Shown here: piece by piece, positions 41,751 through 55,529 of the stretch
How the letters are laid out: each line of letters starts with the position of its first letter
Numbering within the stretch: the first letter of the stretch is position 1
Source of the DNA: Epiperipatus broadwayi
Taxonomy: Eukaryota; Animalia; Onychophora
Reading direction: 5' to 3'
DNA: 64,000 bases
Assembly: GCA_028023455.1 (NCBI GenBank)
Contig: JAQFVV010000007.1
Coordinates: 10,044,001 to 10,108,000, forward strand
The notes under the pieces: model-generated
Told to the model about the DNA's origin: nothing
The model's database searches: none
Seen by the model: only the letters and a program-made list of their open reading frames with translations
Made by a program: the position numbers and the translations under genes

Positions 41751-42529
41751 TATACTTAAACTCCAGGGAAATAAAAGAATACCTGCATTTAAATATTATT
41801 TTTTAGATGTGAATTTGTTTTGTTTGTTTAGTGGGAAATATGTTTGTTTAAAATTATGATCACTTGAAATATGTAATTAAAAAAAACTATTATGGTTAAT
41901 TGTGGCACATGTGAAATATAATATACTAAAACCTGTTTAAGGAGCAGTCAAGTCTGAAAATGTTGCTAAGATAATTTTCAAGCCCAGTCAAAAAAAAATC
42001 ATTTAAATGAACTTGTAAATATTACTTATATTTTCTTATATGGAGTCAATCTATTTGTCTGTTTAGAAATGACAAATAAATGGTCATGGCATGGAAAACA
42101 TAGGTGAACATTATTTCAAGTTTATTTAAATGTTTTTTTTTTGGGGGGGGGGATCTGTTTTGAAAATTGTTTTAGTAACTTTTTCAAACCTGGTTGTTGT
42201 GTGAATGTGTTTATATCATTAGCATTACATATTTGAGAAGTTGTAAAATTATTTACAAGCTTGTCAAAATCATTAGAATATAATAAAATATTTACAGATT
42301 TCTGATGAAGCTTGCAATTCATTTGAAAGATTTAGGAGATTAAAATAAAATAAAAGTTGTTTTAAAAAATGCATGAAAAAGTGATGCATTTTATGCTATC
42401 AAGTGGAATTGAATAATTAAGAGAAGTGATTATATTAATCCATACCTGTTATAATATATATTAAAAATATTGTATACCTTTTATGTATTTCTTATTATTT
42501 AATAAATGTAAATATCTTTTAATTACATT

Positions 42530-43035
42530 TTGAATTACAAGTGTCAAATTAACTGAACCCACATCTTTGACGCCATCCACTTTACATAAATATAGTAATG
42601 ATTGTTATTAATTATTTACTAAACTAGAGATTGTCTCTAGCACAGATATAAACTGTAAAACTCAATTAAAGATTAATGATTTTTTTAAATTAAACACACA
42701 AACGTATTGAGTTATTCACATTTCATGTAAAATGTTTATAAATATATTAAATAACCTCAATATTACCATATTTTTTTTAAAATTCATATAAAGATACAGT
42801 AAAAGATAAATGATCCCCAAGATGCATTTCATGCTGAACCAGCACTCATCAATTGCTCCAGGTCACTATTTCTCAGATATATCCTTACTATATGAAAAAT
42901 ATTTATCTATATTAAATAATTGTATTTTGAATTACAAGTGTCAAATTAACTCAACCCATATTTTTGACACCATCCACTTTAGATAAATATAGTAATGACT
43001 ATTATTAATCATTTACTAAACCAGAGATTGTCTCT
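42530..43035 (+). repeat. ~110-bp dispersed direct repeat flanking a degenerate family-A hammerhead (42816-42858, minus)
   Basis: ttttgaattacaagtgtcaaattaact...agagattgtctct at ~42530-42637 and ~42926-43035. Confidence 0.8.
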
Positions 43036-43214
43036 TTTATTAAAAACATAATTGTTTCTAGACAAAACCAGAAATCATAGCAAATAGTTATATATCGCCG
43101 CAATTAGAAAATAGGCTGATGTTGGAATTGTTTTTATATAACCCTAAAAAACAAAAAGTTATTTAAAAAATTGAATATGAATAAAGTCAGTATTAAAACA
43201 TTGAAATAGATACC

Positions 43215-43570
43215 TCCATCATTTTCAACCATTATCAATCCACTGTAGGATGAAGGTCTCCCCAAGTTCAATCCATCTCAGTTCTCTAGCCTCTCTTCTC
43301 CATATCACTTCAGCACACTTCCTTATTTCATCCATCCATCTTATATGTGGTATCTTTCTAGGTCTTTTAAATTCTCTTGGAATCCAGTTTAAAATTTTAA
43401 CTATCCATCTATTATCATCATTTCCAGAATATATCCTGCCCAACACCATTTCAGTCTATTAATTCTCTCAATGATGTCTGTAATACTTGTTTATTTCAGT
43501 CTCTTCTGTTACTCCTAATATGCATCTCTCCATATTTTGATGAATGATTTGAGGTCTCCATATTGCTATA
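43215..43570 (-). mobile_element. RTE LINE 3' fragment
   Basis: RWIVKILNWIPREFKRPRK..RWMDEIRK..WIELGETFILQWIDNG. Confidence 0.92.
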
Positions 43571-44319
43571 CCAAAATAAAAATTTAATTATTTATTATAA
43601 GATTATGTGAACATTAAAAGACCAAACTGATAATCTTATCTTTCTTTTCTCTCAGGTGGAATCAGTTCAGAAACTTCTAGGTTTTGAGTTGCTAAATATA
43701 CTTCTGCTAAGGCAAATGAAAAATTGAAGTTATATCAAATAAAAGGTCTACAAAAGTGAAGGGAAGATGAGAGGAAAGGAACTAAATATATAAAGTGAGA
43801 AGTATTGATGAACGTGTATTGTTATATTAATGGCATCAGTGGTATATTGTAAACTTTTGGAATCATAAATTGTTTGATTTAATTTTGTCTAAATTAGGTA
43901 GCCCACTGACATCATATGGTTTATGAAATAATAAGATAGAAAAGTTAGCAAACTATTTGGAGATAACAAATTTGGATGAAGTGAGAATAAAATTAAGATT
44001 TCTGTGAACTAAGATACTTTATGTAGCGCAATTAAATGAAAATAAAAACTTACGATGAATTTCATCAACAACAAATATCAGTGCAAAGATTAGAAATAAA
44101 TGAGATACTAATCCTATCCTTTGGAAGAACACATGGAGAATGGATCATTGAAACAAAAACTCAACACGGTTTACATGGTTAAATGGAAAATGATTGGAAA
44201 TTGTATATTTATTATTCTAAACAAAGCATTATGCAATTTTCTATATTACTTTCAGAATTTGCATTACTTATTCTGTACACTCCACCCCAGACTCATCTAT
44301 TATAAACTTGAATAATCCC

Positions 44320-45240
44320 TGGACACTAAATGGTCATGCCAGATCCAAATCCCAAGACTAGGTTTTCATTATTGACTTTCATCAGTAAAAAGCATTGATT
44401 TAAATAAATAAATAATCAAATGATTTGTTATATGAGAGTTCATAAGACATTTAAACATGATTATTAGACCAGAGACTGCCTCTATACCATTATACTATGT
44501 AAAGGGGATAGCATATGAATGGAAAACTGACAAAGGCCAAATATAGCTGTTAATAAGCCAATATAAATTTTAAAAAATGAGGATTTACAATTAATATATA
44601 CATAAAGTTTCTAAAATATATAGAAATTGACCTAGTATCAGATCCATATAATTACTTAGGGGGATTCACTTGGATTTAAAACTTTAGAATTTTTTTTCCA
44701 TTTTAGACTATTAATTCAAATAATGTAAATGAATAAAAGATGGTTGCTAAATGTTTACATGCATTAACTCCAGCTTAAAAATCTAGTTTTCGTGGATGAA
44801 GTCAAATGCCAGAAACACATCTGTGAATGGAGATATTTTAGTCCTATCCTATCCAGTGTCTATTCCATACATGCTTACTATAGATGACCCTAGAATAGTA
44901 TGAGAGCAAGTGATCTTGGAAATATGAAAATAAATAAGATCCAATGTAATAGTCAACTTCTACTTATGCAGTGCACAGTGCTAACTAGCTATGAACTTAA
45001 GAGTTAAAAAACCCAGTTAAAAGCACAAGGGTGATTACTGGACATTAAATGATAATGCCAGGTCTAAAATCCCAAGACTAGATTTTAACTATTGGCCTTC
45101 ATCAGTAAAAAGCATTGATTTCAATAAATAAATAATCAAATGGTTTGTTATTTGAGAATTCGTAAGACATTTAAAATCATAAATTATAGAAATTGAACAT
45201 GTTTACTAGACCAGAGACTGCCACTGTCCCATTATACTAT
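44320..45240 (-). repeat. Two direct copies (44320-44500, 45040-45240) of a repeat carrying a CTGATGA...CTAGTC hammerhead-like motif
   Basis: Minus strand ctgatgaa(a/g)g(t/c)caata...aaa(c/t)ctagtc at 44351-44390 and 45071-45110. Related to the 62105 ribozyme; another fragment at ~5045-5120. Confidence 0.65.
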
Positions 45241-46256
45241 GGAGGGAGGCAACATATGTACAAAAACTATCTTTATTTTTATATTATTTAAGGTTTTGAA
45301 CCCAAACCAGCTTATTTGCATAACTGCATAGGTAAAATACTTGAGTATTTGCATCTTTGGTTATTAACTTCATTTAGATAAAATAAAGATCATTAGTTGC
45401 ACTAAAGTGGCACCTATAGTGACCATAAAACAGTGACCACCAAAATGTATAATTTATATCTCAGAGTCTAGCTTCTGTTCAAAATCTTACTACATTTTTA
45501 ACTTTCAGGTTATTAGTTTGAATACTTAAAGGAGTTGATAGATGCACAGGTGAAATTGTAAATATAAATAATCACTGCTTCAGAAAACATATATTGACAT
45601 AAGCAAAAAATAAAAAATTCAGATGTTTTGTTAAGATCTTTTTTTTAGTATATGAATCAATTGTTTGGAAAGACAAATGATGTTTTGGTACCAAAATTGT
45701 ACCCTTCAAATTAACAGTTCAATTTATTGTTCCAATAGCGTCCCTTATGCTTATAAGTGCTTTTTTTAGTTCTTAAGTTCATAACTAGGTAGCACTGTGC
45801 AATGCATAAGTACAAACTGACTATTATATTGAATCTTATTTATTTTCATAGTTCTAAAACCACTTACCCTCATTCTGGTCTAGAGTCAACTATTGTAAGC
45901 TTAATAATCAATAAAGCAAGTCATATATAGCGTGACATTGCTTTTATATTACATATTGTAAGGTTGTATGGAATGAACACTAGGTAGGGTAGAGCTAAAA
46001 TATCCTCATCTGCTTATGGGCTTCTGGCATTTGACTTCCTTAATGAGAACTACATTTATAAGTTGGAGTTCATGCATGAAACATTTAGTGGCTATCTTTT
46101 GTTCCTTTACATTATTCGAGTTAATAGCCTAAAATGAAAAAAAAATTCTAAGGTTTTCAATCCAAGCTAACACTCTTAAATAGTTATATAAATCGGATAC
46201 TAGGTCATTTTCTATAATATTTTAGAGACATTAGGTATATACTAATTGTAAACCTC
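44578..46256. repeat. Large inverted repeat (arms ~44578-45030 and ~45750-46256)
   Basis: gacctagtatc/gatactaggtc, gtcaaatgccagaa/ttctggcatttgac, gcacagtgcta/tagcactgtgc, tatgaacttaaga/tcttaagttcata. Confidence 0.85.
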
Positions 46257-46336
46257 TTCTATTCTTTGATATTATTCACATAATTTTTTAAAAGTTTATG
46301 TTGGCTTTTTAAAAGCTATATTTGATCTTTGTCAAG

Positions 46337-49031
46337 TCTCCTATAATCATTATCATCAACGATTATCAATCCACTGCAGGATGAAGGTTTCTCCAAGTTT
46401 AATCCATCTTCTCTGATCTTTAGCTTCTCTTCTCCACATCACCCCTGCACACTTTCTTATTTCATTCATCCATCTCACATGTGATCTCTTTCTGGGTCTT
46501 TTAAATCTCTTGGAATCCAGTTTAAGATTTCAATTGCCCATATATTATCATCTCTTCTAGCAATACATCCAGCCCAACTCCACTTCAGTCTTTTAATTTT
46601 TTCAATGAGGTCAGTAACACCTGTTTGATCTCTTACCCATATATTGTGTTTTTAATCTCTTCTTGTTACTCCCAACATGCATCTCTCCATACTTCTTTGA
46701 GTGGTCTGAAGTCTCTGTATTACTCTTCTATTAAGTGTTCAAATCTCAGATCCATAAGTAAGAACTGGTAAAACACATTTATTAAAAACATTTCTTTTTA
46801 AACACATAAGCATATTTCCTTTTAGTATCAAGTTATTTCTACCAAAATCACTCCAAACAAGTTTAATTCTATGATTAATATCATCCATTATGTTCCCATC
46901 TGTATTAATAATCTGCCCAAGGTATTTGTAACTGTCAACTTTTTTTAACTCATCATAATCAATGTTTATTTTCATATTTTGAGAAAATCCATTAAACATT
47001 ACTTTAGCCTTTTTAATATTTATCTTTAGTCCTACTTTCCTACTTTCATCTGATAACTCCTACAATATTTCCTGCAGCTTTAAAGCATTATTTGCAAAAA
47101 ACAATTACATCATCTGCAAAATCTAAATGACTTAAATAATCTCCATTTACTTTCACTTCTTTAGCTTCCCATTTTAATCCACAAAATACTTCTTGCAGCA
47201 CTGTGGTAAAAAAGTTGAGATATGAAGTCACCATGTCTTATACCCTTCTCAATGTTGACTTTCCCAGTATCATTATGTAATCTAATTGTTGCTGTTGCAT
47301 TTTTATAAATATTCTTTAAAATATGACAATATCCTGGATCTATACCTTGATGATCCAATGCTTTAATCACTGAAGAAATGTTTATAGAATCAAATGCTTT
47401 TTCATAATCTACAAATTCAAAGCATAATGGCAACTCATATTCATTTGTTTTTTCTATAACTTTCTCTCAATACCTGGATATGATCTACTGTACTAAAACC
47501 ACTTTTAAATCCAGCTTGTTCTCTTGGTTGGTGGAAATCCAATGTTCTCTGTAGACGAGTTGTAATTATCTTGGTAAAAATTGTATATAAAACTGATAAA
47601 AGGTTAAGGGTGCTAAGAATCCCATCATTGTGGACCCAGGCTGCCATTTGATGATGACTTTTATCTAGGTACTTACAACTGCAGATCACTTTCAAATGAA
47701 AGAAGATTGCAAGAATTAGAAAAAGAACTGTCTTATATTAAATGGGACATTATTGGATTTTGTGAAGTTAGAAGAAAAGGTGAAGAGACAATTGATTTAA
47801 AAAGTGGACATGTACACTATTATAAAGACACAAATATTGGAAGTACAAGTGGGGTAAGATTCATTATAAATAAAAAGTGGAAGAACAACATTGTGGAGAT
47901 TGATGATGTATTGGACAGAATGGCAAGAATAGTTATACAATTTAATAGGGGATATCAAATGCAGATAATTTTGATTTATACCCCAACAAGTTCTCATAGT
48001 GATGACATAGGAGAAGATTTTTATATGGATGTACAAAAGGCTTTTGATCAGAGTAAACAACATTTTAAAATTGTTATGGAAGACTTTAATGCTAGAATCA
48101 GTGAACAAATAAAAGATGAAAGTGCTGTAGGTATTTTTGGTTATGGTAATAGAAATGAGAGAAAACATAGACTTGTGGAGTTTGCAGGAAAAAAAACTTT
48201 ATATTATGAATTCTTTTTTTGAGAAAATGTTAAAAGAAAATGGACATGAAAGCATCCAAATGAAGGTATGGCAGAATTGGATTATATTTTGACTAACAGA
48301 AAATATATATTTCAGGATTGTAATGTTCATAACAAATTTTTAAAAATAACTGATACACTTTTGAAAACTGCAACAAAAATAGCTGGTAGAAAAAAGCAGC
48401 AATTGACCAATAAAATTTTTACTGAGACTAGAGAATTTATGAAGAAAAAAAGGAATATAAAGATATGCAAAAATGATGCATTAAAAAGGATTGAATTTTG
48501 TAAAATGATGTGGAAAAGAGTTGAAAATGATATAAGAAAGTATAATTGTGAACTAGCAAGGAAAGCTGTAGAAGAGAATAAAAGTCGCAAGAGTGTAAAA
48601 CAACATTTTGGTATTGGTAGGAAATTTATATCTGCAATAAGAAAAAAAGATGGAATTATTACTAAAAAGAGAGATGACATCATAAAATGGGTAGAAGACT
48701 TTTGTCAAGAATTATATAGTAATAAAGAATAAGTACCTCCTATATTTATTACATCTTCCAAATTGCCCAGAATTTTAAATGAAGAAGTGAGACATGCAAT
48801 TAAATGTATGAAGAAAGGAAAGGCTCCCGGTAATGGTGGAATTATAATTGATATATTAAAAGAAGCAGGTGAAGAAATAGAATTTTTTTAGAAAAGTTAT
48901 ATCCCAAATGTCTAAATGATAAAGATGTACCAGATGATTGGAAGAATGCAGTATTAATATTAATATTTAAAAAAGGTGATAAAGAAGATATTAGAAATTA
49001 CAGACCTATCAGCCTTTTTATCTCTTATAAT
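46337..49031. mobile_element. RTE LINE with 5' inversion (twin-priming geometry) and 11-bp TSD
   Basis: RT 3' half on minus (~46348-47607); EN-to-RT-start half on plus (~47608-49020). TSD tctc(c/t)tataat at 46337-46347 and 49021-49031. Confidence 0.9.
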
Positions 49032-49624
49032 ACATGGCATTATTTAGATTTTTAATATAGTATATCTTCAAGAAAAGATGGATTTTAGTGCTGCATTTAC
49101 AATAAAGAGGAAGTTGCATAAATCCAGAGATGTATGTATGTATAGATCAAGATGTATTTGAAGCATTCTATTCATATTAAATCAAATTTAAAAAGTTGCT
49201 GTATAATTTAATGCACAGAAATGCAGAATTAGGTTAGGATGTGTAGTTCCAAAGTTGAAAAAAGCAGGATTCATTCTAAAACTGTACAGTGAATATTTAA
49301 AGAGAAGAATATCAACCGCCGTTTTAACTCATTGCAATAGAAGTTTCCCCAAATTCTTTTTCTAATTGTTTTCTAAAAGAGAAATATCATAAATGATATC
49401 CAATGTATGCTTAACACTGATAAAATTCAGTTATTGCATAAAATAATTGCTGATGAACTGTATTTTGTGTATATGTGCGTTTACATGTGCACACATACAT
49501 AAAAATAAGAATGTGAACATTTATATGCTGAAGCATATAATACTTTTATTCCTGACAGTATTAACTATATACATATAAATTTGATGTTTACAATTGTACA
49601 TCGAGAATAATGCTAGTTACATAG

Positions 49625-49793
49625 GTAAAAACTTACCATCTCTATACATATATGCTATAAGTGCTCAGATATATATTAAGATGTGTTCAAGTGTATCAGT
49701 GTTATGAGATAGTGTGGAGAATGGTGGGTTATGTAAAAGTCTGTGCTTATATATCCTATATATTACATACATAGACACAGGTATATAATAAGC
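49625..49793 (+). repeat. Solo family-A 3' fragment
   Basis: gtgttcaagtgtatcagtgttatgagatag...acacaggtatataataagc, the same terminus as the 29743 and 58045 elements. Confidence 0.85.
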
Positions 49794-49982
49794 CTGTGTG
49801 TTTTAATTATAGGTAAAAACTTGTAGATAAAAACTTGTTTTTTTTTTCTGTGATGTTGGAAATATGGGATATCTCACACTATGCATTCGACTTATATGTT
49901 TATTTTTAATTTAGGAAATATTTTTATTTAAAAAAATATATAGTTACATTTATTTGTTGCTTTTGATTACAATTATATATAT

Positions 49983-50337
49983 ATACTTCATAGAACAGTT
50001 ACTTCTAAATATATTACTAGGACAAATTACAAACAGATTCTAAAGGAGTATTTTCAAATAAACTTACAAATATGTTTACCCTTTTCTATATCAATACCAA
50101 TCCATTTTGTCAAGTAAAAAAAAAGATCTTTTTCATCTGATTTTTGATTGTAAATAAATCAATATACAGTCAAAAATCAGATGAAAGAGATATCTCATTT
50201 TATGGGGCAAAATGGATTGGCAAAGATATCCAAAAGGCTAAACAAATTTGTAGGTTTATTTAAAAATAGTTCTTTAGAATCTGCTTGTAATGTATGTCCT
50301 AGTAATTGATGTAGATGTGATTGTTTTATGAAGTAAG
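49983..50337. repeat. Foldback of ~165-bp arms, no recognisable hammerhead
   Basis: ttactaggaca/tgtcctagtaa, tttcatctgatttttga/tcaaaaatcagatgaaa; ~15-nt loop. Confidence 0.85.
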
Positions 50338-51249
50338 TTAAGTGATCAACATTAAAAGTCATTTAATCACAATTAAAATTATTGGTATGTATTATATACA
50401 TATAAGTTTTGATTTGCACATTACCTTACTTCATTTTCAATCTTACTTCAACTTTCATAACTCAAAATATTATATGATTTTAATTTTCAATCTATTTAAT
50501 TTCAGAAACTAATTAAGTCAATACCTATTTTTTAACAAAGGGATGACTTAATTAATTTTTTACTCCCCCCCCCCTCCATGCTTTTATTTCAAGTTAAATC
50601 TAAAAAAAACCCCAATTGTGGTTGAAGAAACAATTATTTTTTTGCTTTTTAGTGCACGGTCAATAAATACATTTAATATTAAAAATATTTTTATTTCAAT
50701 TATTAATTGTTGTAGTCCTACTGAAGTGGTAAATCTGTAGTACTTATTTAGCTTCATTGTCTGATGACATTACAAACCATTAAGTAGGGTTTGAACTGGT
50801 TTATATATGTTTATTTGGTCATCCAGGAATGTTAGGCACACACATACACATATGGCTTTTACACTATTTATTCAAAATGGTTATGTTTAACCAATTGTAT
50901 TATTATTTTAACTTAATGAGATCTTATTTCTAGGCTCATAAATTCCCTTCACCTAGATAATCATGTATGTGCATATATTTATTACAGATATGAAAATTAA
51001 TATGATTAATGTAAAGCTAAAGCAATGCCAGAAAGTTGTAGAAAGTATTATTGCAATTGAAAAATGTTAAAATGTCATTCTTATTTAATTATTTCAACAG
51101 TCTCAAGTTAACAAAATCATATCCTTAAAGCTATTTCCAATTTTAAAAATATGTTTAAATAATGATTTCTGGAATGTATCTGTTTATGTCTTTTAATATT
51201 GCCAAATTTCGAGTATAGGAGAAGTAAGAGTTCTAGGCACATGCAAAAT

Positions 51250-52760
51250 TAGCTCAGGCCACTCATTCACTTGTTTTTTTAGAGATTGAAAACAAAATGA
51301 ATTCTGAATAGAGGGAAGAAATTTACCTTTCCTGATCTTAAATCGCCTTTGTGCTGCCTTTCTGCCACACCATCGCCACTTGAAAATTGTTCTGTTCAAC
51401 TGTGAAAGAACAATTGGAAGATGCCTATCATTATTTTGTTCATATTGTGCCTTGCTGACAATGCTTTCACATCTAAACTTCATATACATTATTCCAAATG
51501 GCTCCCATAATGTCTAAAAGGTAATCCATTTTGCCGATGAATGAACTCTTAATATTCCTCATTTCATTGTAAATTCTATTTATATTCATAATGTAATCTT
51601 GTATCTATCTGGTAACTGACTGTAAGCTCAATTGTCGTAATTGTTAAGTTTTATGATTTTCTCTCTAGAGTTTTAAAATCTCATTCTGTAAAACATTAGC
51701 ACAGAATTATATATTTTAAAACTATCATTAACTCAAATTTCACACTCTAATTATTTATTTTCATGTGGCAAAACTTATTTTAAACTATGTATTTTTATTG
51801 AATTAATTTTAGTGTGCTAATATTTCAATCTAGCGAACTTATATCATTTCAGCCACCATTCCGATAATTTGGGATATTTAAATAGTTGAATGTAAAATTT
51901 TTTATTGAATGCAGTTCACTCAGTTGAATATTTAAAAATATATGCTTAATGGCGGATTGTTAAAATCATCATATTATGGGATATGATAAACATTTTGTTG
52001 TTAACGCTATTGATTTTAAATGCATTTTATGTTCTCTAAATAAATCTAATTATTAATCTATTTTAATTATTATTTATTTGCTTTCATGCCATTGAGCATT
52101 CTAACTTGCTTATAATATACTATCATTTGAGAATACTTGGGCTTGTTAAATAGGAGAAATAATATTTCCCCTCTTTTATATTTGACATCCTAATTTGCCA
52201 AGGTTATATGTACATCACTGAATGGGTTAATATTTTGTCATGGCATTATGCATGATATTATTATTACTTTATTTGAAGTTTAAATTGATGTATCAGTCAT
52301 TTAAGACTTTAAGCTACATTCACGTTGCTTACTTATGATAGCATTTTAAAAAATGCGTATTTTGCTTTATCAGACTTATTCCTCCAGAAGTCCTGGATTT
52401 TCTTTATGTAACTTGTCCAAAAATGAGGTTTGGTAGCACCAGCCTCAGGACAAATGTTAGGTTGTTGAGGCTTTGCATGGGAAACATTGGCAAGCTGGAC
52501 CATGGAAACCTTACCAATTGTCTCTTCAAATACCACCTTGTTATAAATACAATTGGACTCTTATATATGATAAAGCCTTTCAGTCCAAAGATGGACCTGA
52601 ATTTCATTTCTAATGCTATCATTGTAGTAAGCACTGTGACCTCTCTTTGTTATGTATAATCCCATATTATCTATAAGACAAGGCACAGTGATGTTTGTAA
52701 ATCATTCTCTTGATAATTAATAAAATATTTTTAGGATTGTCACAGTAAATCTTATTTAAG
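51250..52760 (+). mobile_element. Possible degenerate BEL/Pao LTR-retrotransposon pol remnant
   Basis: AAFLPHHRHLK (cf. YLPHH.V.K), then INTIGLLYMIK (cf. G.DYAGPLY.K) and ILSIRQGTV...LDN (cf. RF..RRG.P..SDN), read across frameshifts. Confidence 0.35.
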
Positions 52761-55161
52761 CTAACCCCTTCCTCATTTGTACAGGCCCAAATGATGCTCA
52801 TGGATGATAGAGTTGTTAAGCCAAACTGTTCAGTTAATTAAGCAAATGAATGCTATTCCTGTCAGTTACTTAATAATGATAATGCTAAGAAAATTTTGTT
52901 TTTAATGTCTCAAATTATTTAATTATTATGTCAAAGATTAAAACTCTCTTTGGAGGTTAATTTATAAATGTCTTTTCATCATTACTTTAAAGTAATGATC
53001 ATGGTCTCTGTTGGCTTGTCATAGTATTAACAGCATTAATCTGTTGTTATTTGTAACTCATTAGCATACTAAATCATTTGTCTATATGAAAATTATTAAC
53101 TGCATGAAATCTGTGTTATGTTTCTGATGTAAATTTAAACTGTTTATGTTCATTAAATTATTATGTGTTGATAATTACTCATGCATTCGTGTCTTATTGA
53201 ATCTCACTCATTAAATTTTACTTGTTTAATAATAATACTATTATTTAGAAGTTATAACCAATTACTTTAAATGACATTTATACCTGAGTTGTTCTATACT
53301 TGCTCATTGTGGATGGATACTACATTATAATTCATGTTTTTTTTTTGCAGTGCTAGCTGTTTGCAATTCATTAAATTTATACATTTTTCCTACACTTAAG
53401 GTATCTGATTGAGCTAAGATTTGATGTTCTTTATTGATAATAAGTACCCTGTAGATCTCATATCTCTCTGCTGTGTCTCTGGGATTGGAATGAATAAAAA
53501 TTCATCTGTTACCAGCAGAAGTGTTATTCATAATGTTATAGTTTTAGAGAAGGGTAAATAGGGCAGAATTCATGATTGGTCCTGACCTTTGTATCTTGGG
53601 CATGAATGGATTTAGGGTACTTTGCTTAAATTCTAAACCTTGTTAAATGAGCATACAATTCTGATGGTACACTACAAATAGCTAACTTATTTAATATCTA
53701 TAACAGCAAAAATATTTTAAATTATGTAGAATTCATAAAAAATTTCAAACAATGTCTGTGAAAATGGTATTTTTTATTTCAATTGTTTTTAAAAATGAAT
53801 TAATATCTCTGGAATATCCTAATTAAAACTGTTCAAATATCAAAGTTATGTTTAGGTGAAGATTTGTTTACCTTAAGGGCAGTTTCATAAACCCAAATTG
53901 AATACTGACTTTAAAATGATATCTACAGTAGGTAAATAACAATAGCATCAGTATTCTATAATAGTAAGAAAACCAAGTCATACATTATATGACTTCTAGT
54001 CCACACAGCAATAAATTTCGTATTTCCTTTTTGAATTAATGACTATTTCCACCCAGACTATCTATATAAAAGCATTTTTATAAATTTTTATATAAAAACA
54101 TTTTTATGAATTTACATTGAGTGCTGATTTTAAAAAAATCTGCAACTAAAAGTTGTTTTATTAGTTCAGACTAAATGCCTAGAATAGCAGTTTAGAGGTT
54201 TATGGAAAAACTCTTGTAAAATGGAATATATATATAGTTTAGTAGTAGATTTAGATTGCAGAATGCAATTTACATTATGTTTATATAATGTAATTTACCT
54301 AGGCAACATATGCTTATATATTATATTATTTTAAAATATTATTTTAATAGGACAGTGAAAATCAAATCATTATCCACATCTCCTATATAAAAGAGAACAT
54401 TATCTTTTTATGTTTTGATGATGTATCATTTTTTCCCAACCAAGGCATTTCTTATTATTTTTCAAAACATTTTACTATGACAAGTTGATTTGATAATACA
54501 TTTATCCTAATATAAAGGTTCTTCTTGTTAAAAGAAAGTCACTTAAGTATTGTGAAAAGTTTGAGAAATGTTTAAGTCTGCATTTTAACTATTATTAATA
54601 ATAAAATTCATATACGAACTTTCTATACTGAAGATGAATGTATTTATTTAATTACAAAAATTAAAAAACCCACATTTTTATCATGACACATGGAATGTAT
54701 TTTCTGCAAATAATTATACAGTGTTTCTATTTTCTTTTAATGCTTTTATTTAATTTAAAAATTCTGTTTGCTTGTTTGTTAAAATATTATAACCAATTTT
54801 TTAATATACTTCTATTGAACAAATTTTCTTCAAATCTTGTACACCTGTTAAGTATTGATGATAACATAATATTTCAGGATTGTCCAGCCATTTGTTCAGT
54901 CTAACCATGTTGGGCAGGCAAAATTTCAAACAATGTTGACATTAGTTCAGTAAGTTTTTAATGTTGCAACTAGATGGCAGTATATACTTTAAGTATAACT
55001 TTCATTGAATTTCACAACTAATTTATTAAAAAGCATTTACAGTTAATTGAAATAGAAAGAAAAAAAAAGAGATGAATGAAATTGGAATTTTTCTTGATTG
55101 TTGAACTAAAACTTGCTTTTTAAAAAAATGTTGCCTTCATAAACACAAACATTTTGTAAAT

Positions 55162-55529
55162 CAGGGATCCCCAACCTTTTTGTACTTAAGATCACATTCT
55201 ATAATACTGGCCAGGTAGCGGGCACCATTTATTTTTCAATGTAAATTTATAGTTGGATATTGTTAATAATACACATAATGTACAAAAAAAATATTTATTT
55301 CAAAAATAAAATTTTAACATATAATTAACGTTTATATTTTTACGCTGTAAAAGTATAGTATGCCCTACAATTTGATTACAATATAATACAATAATTTATA
55401 AGAAATTTTAAAAACTAAATTTATTTGTATCAGATAAATAATTTTTTATTGTGTTCGGATAGTGGCAGGCACACATAAAATGGTCTTCGGGCACCATGGT
55501 GCCCACAGGCATAGGATTGGGGACCCCTG
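55162..55529. mobile_element. hAT-family MITE
   Basis: TIRs cagggatccccaa / ttggggacccctg; perfect 8-bp TSD ttgtaaat at 55154-55161 and 55530-55537. Confidence 0.95.

Noticed and set aside
42295-42340. CTGATGA...GAAA spacing resembling a hammerhead
   Set aside because: No stem I or stem II complementarity.
43656-43680. Strong polypyrimidine acceptor followed by a short exon-like segment
   Set aside because: Weak donor (gttttg), and no frame-compatible partner or homology.
47797-48683. Minus-strand ORFs of 118-123 aa (and similar antisense ORFs over PLE/RTE copies)
   Set aside because: Antisense shadows of transposon coding sequence.
51193-51489. 98-aa minus-strand ORF
   Set aside because: No known motif; the opposite strand fits a decayed BEL/Pao pol better.
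52333-52659. Overlapping 67-78 aa ORFs on both strands
   Set aside because: Best explained as frameshifted retrotransposon integrase remnants, not host exons.
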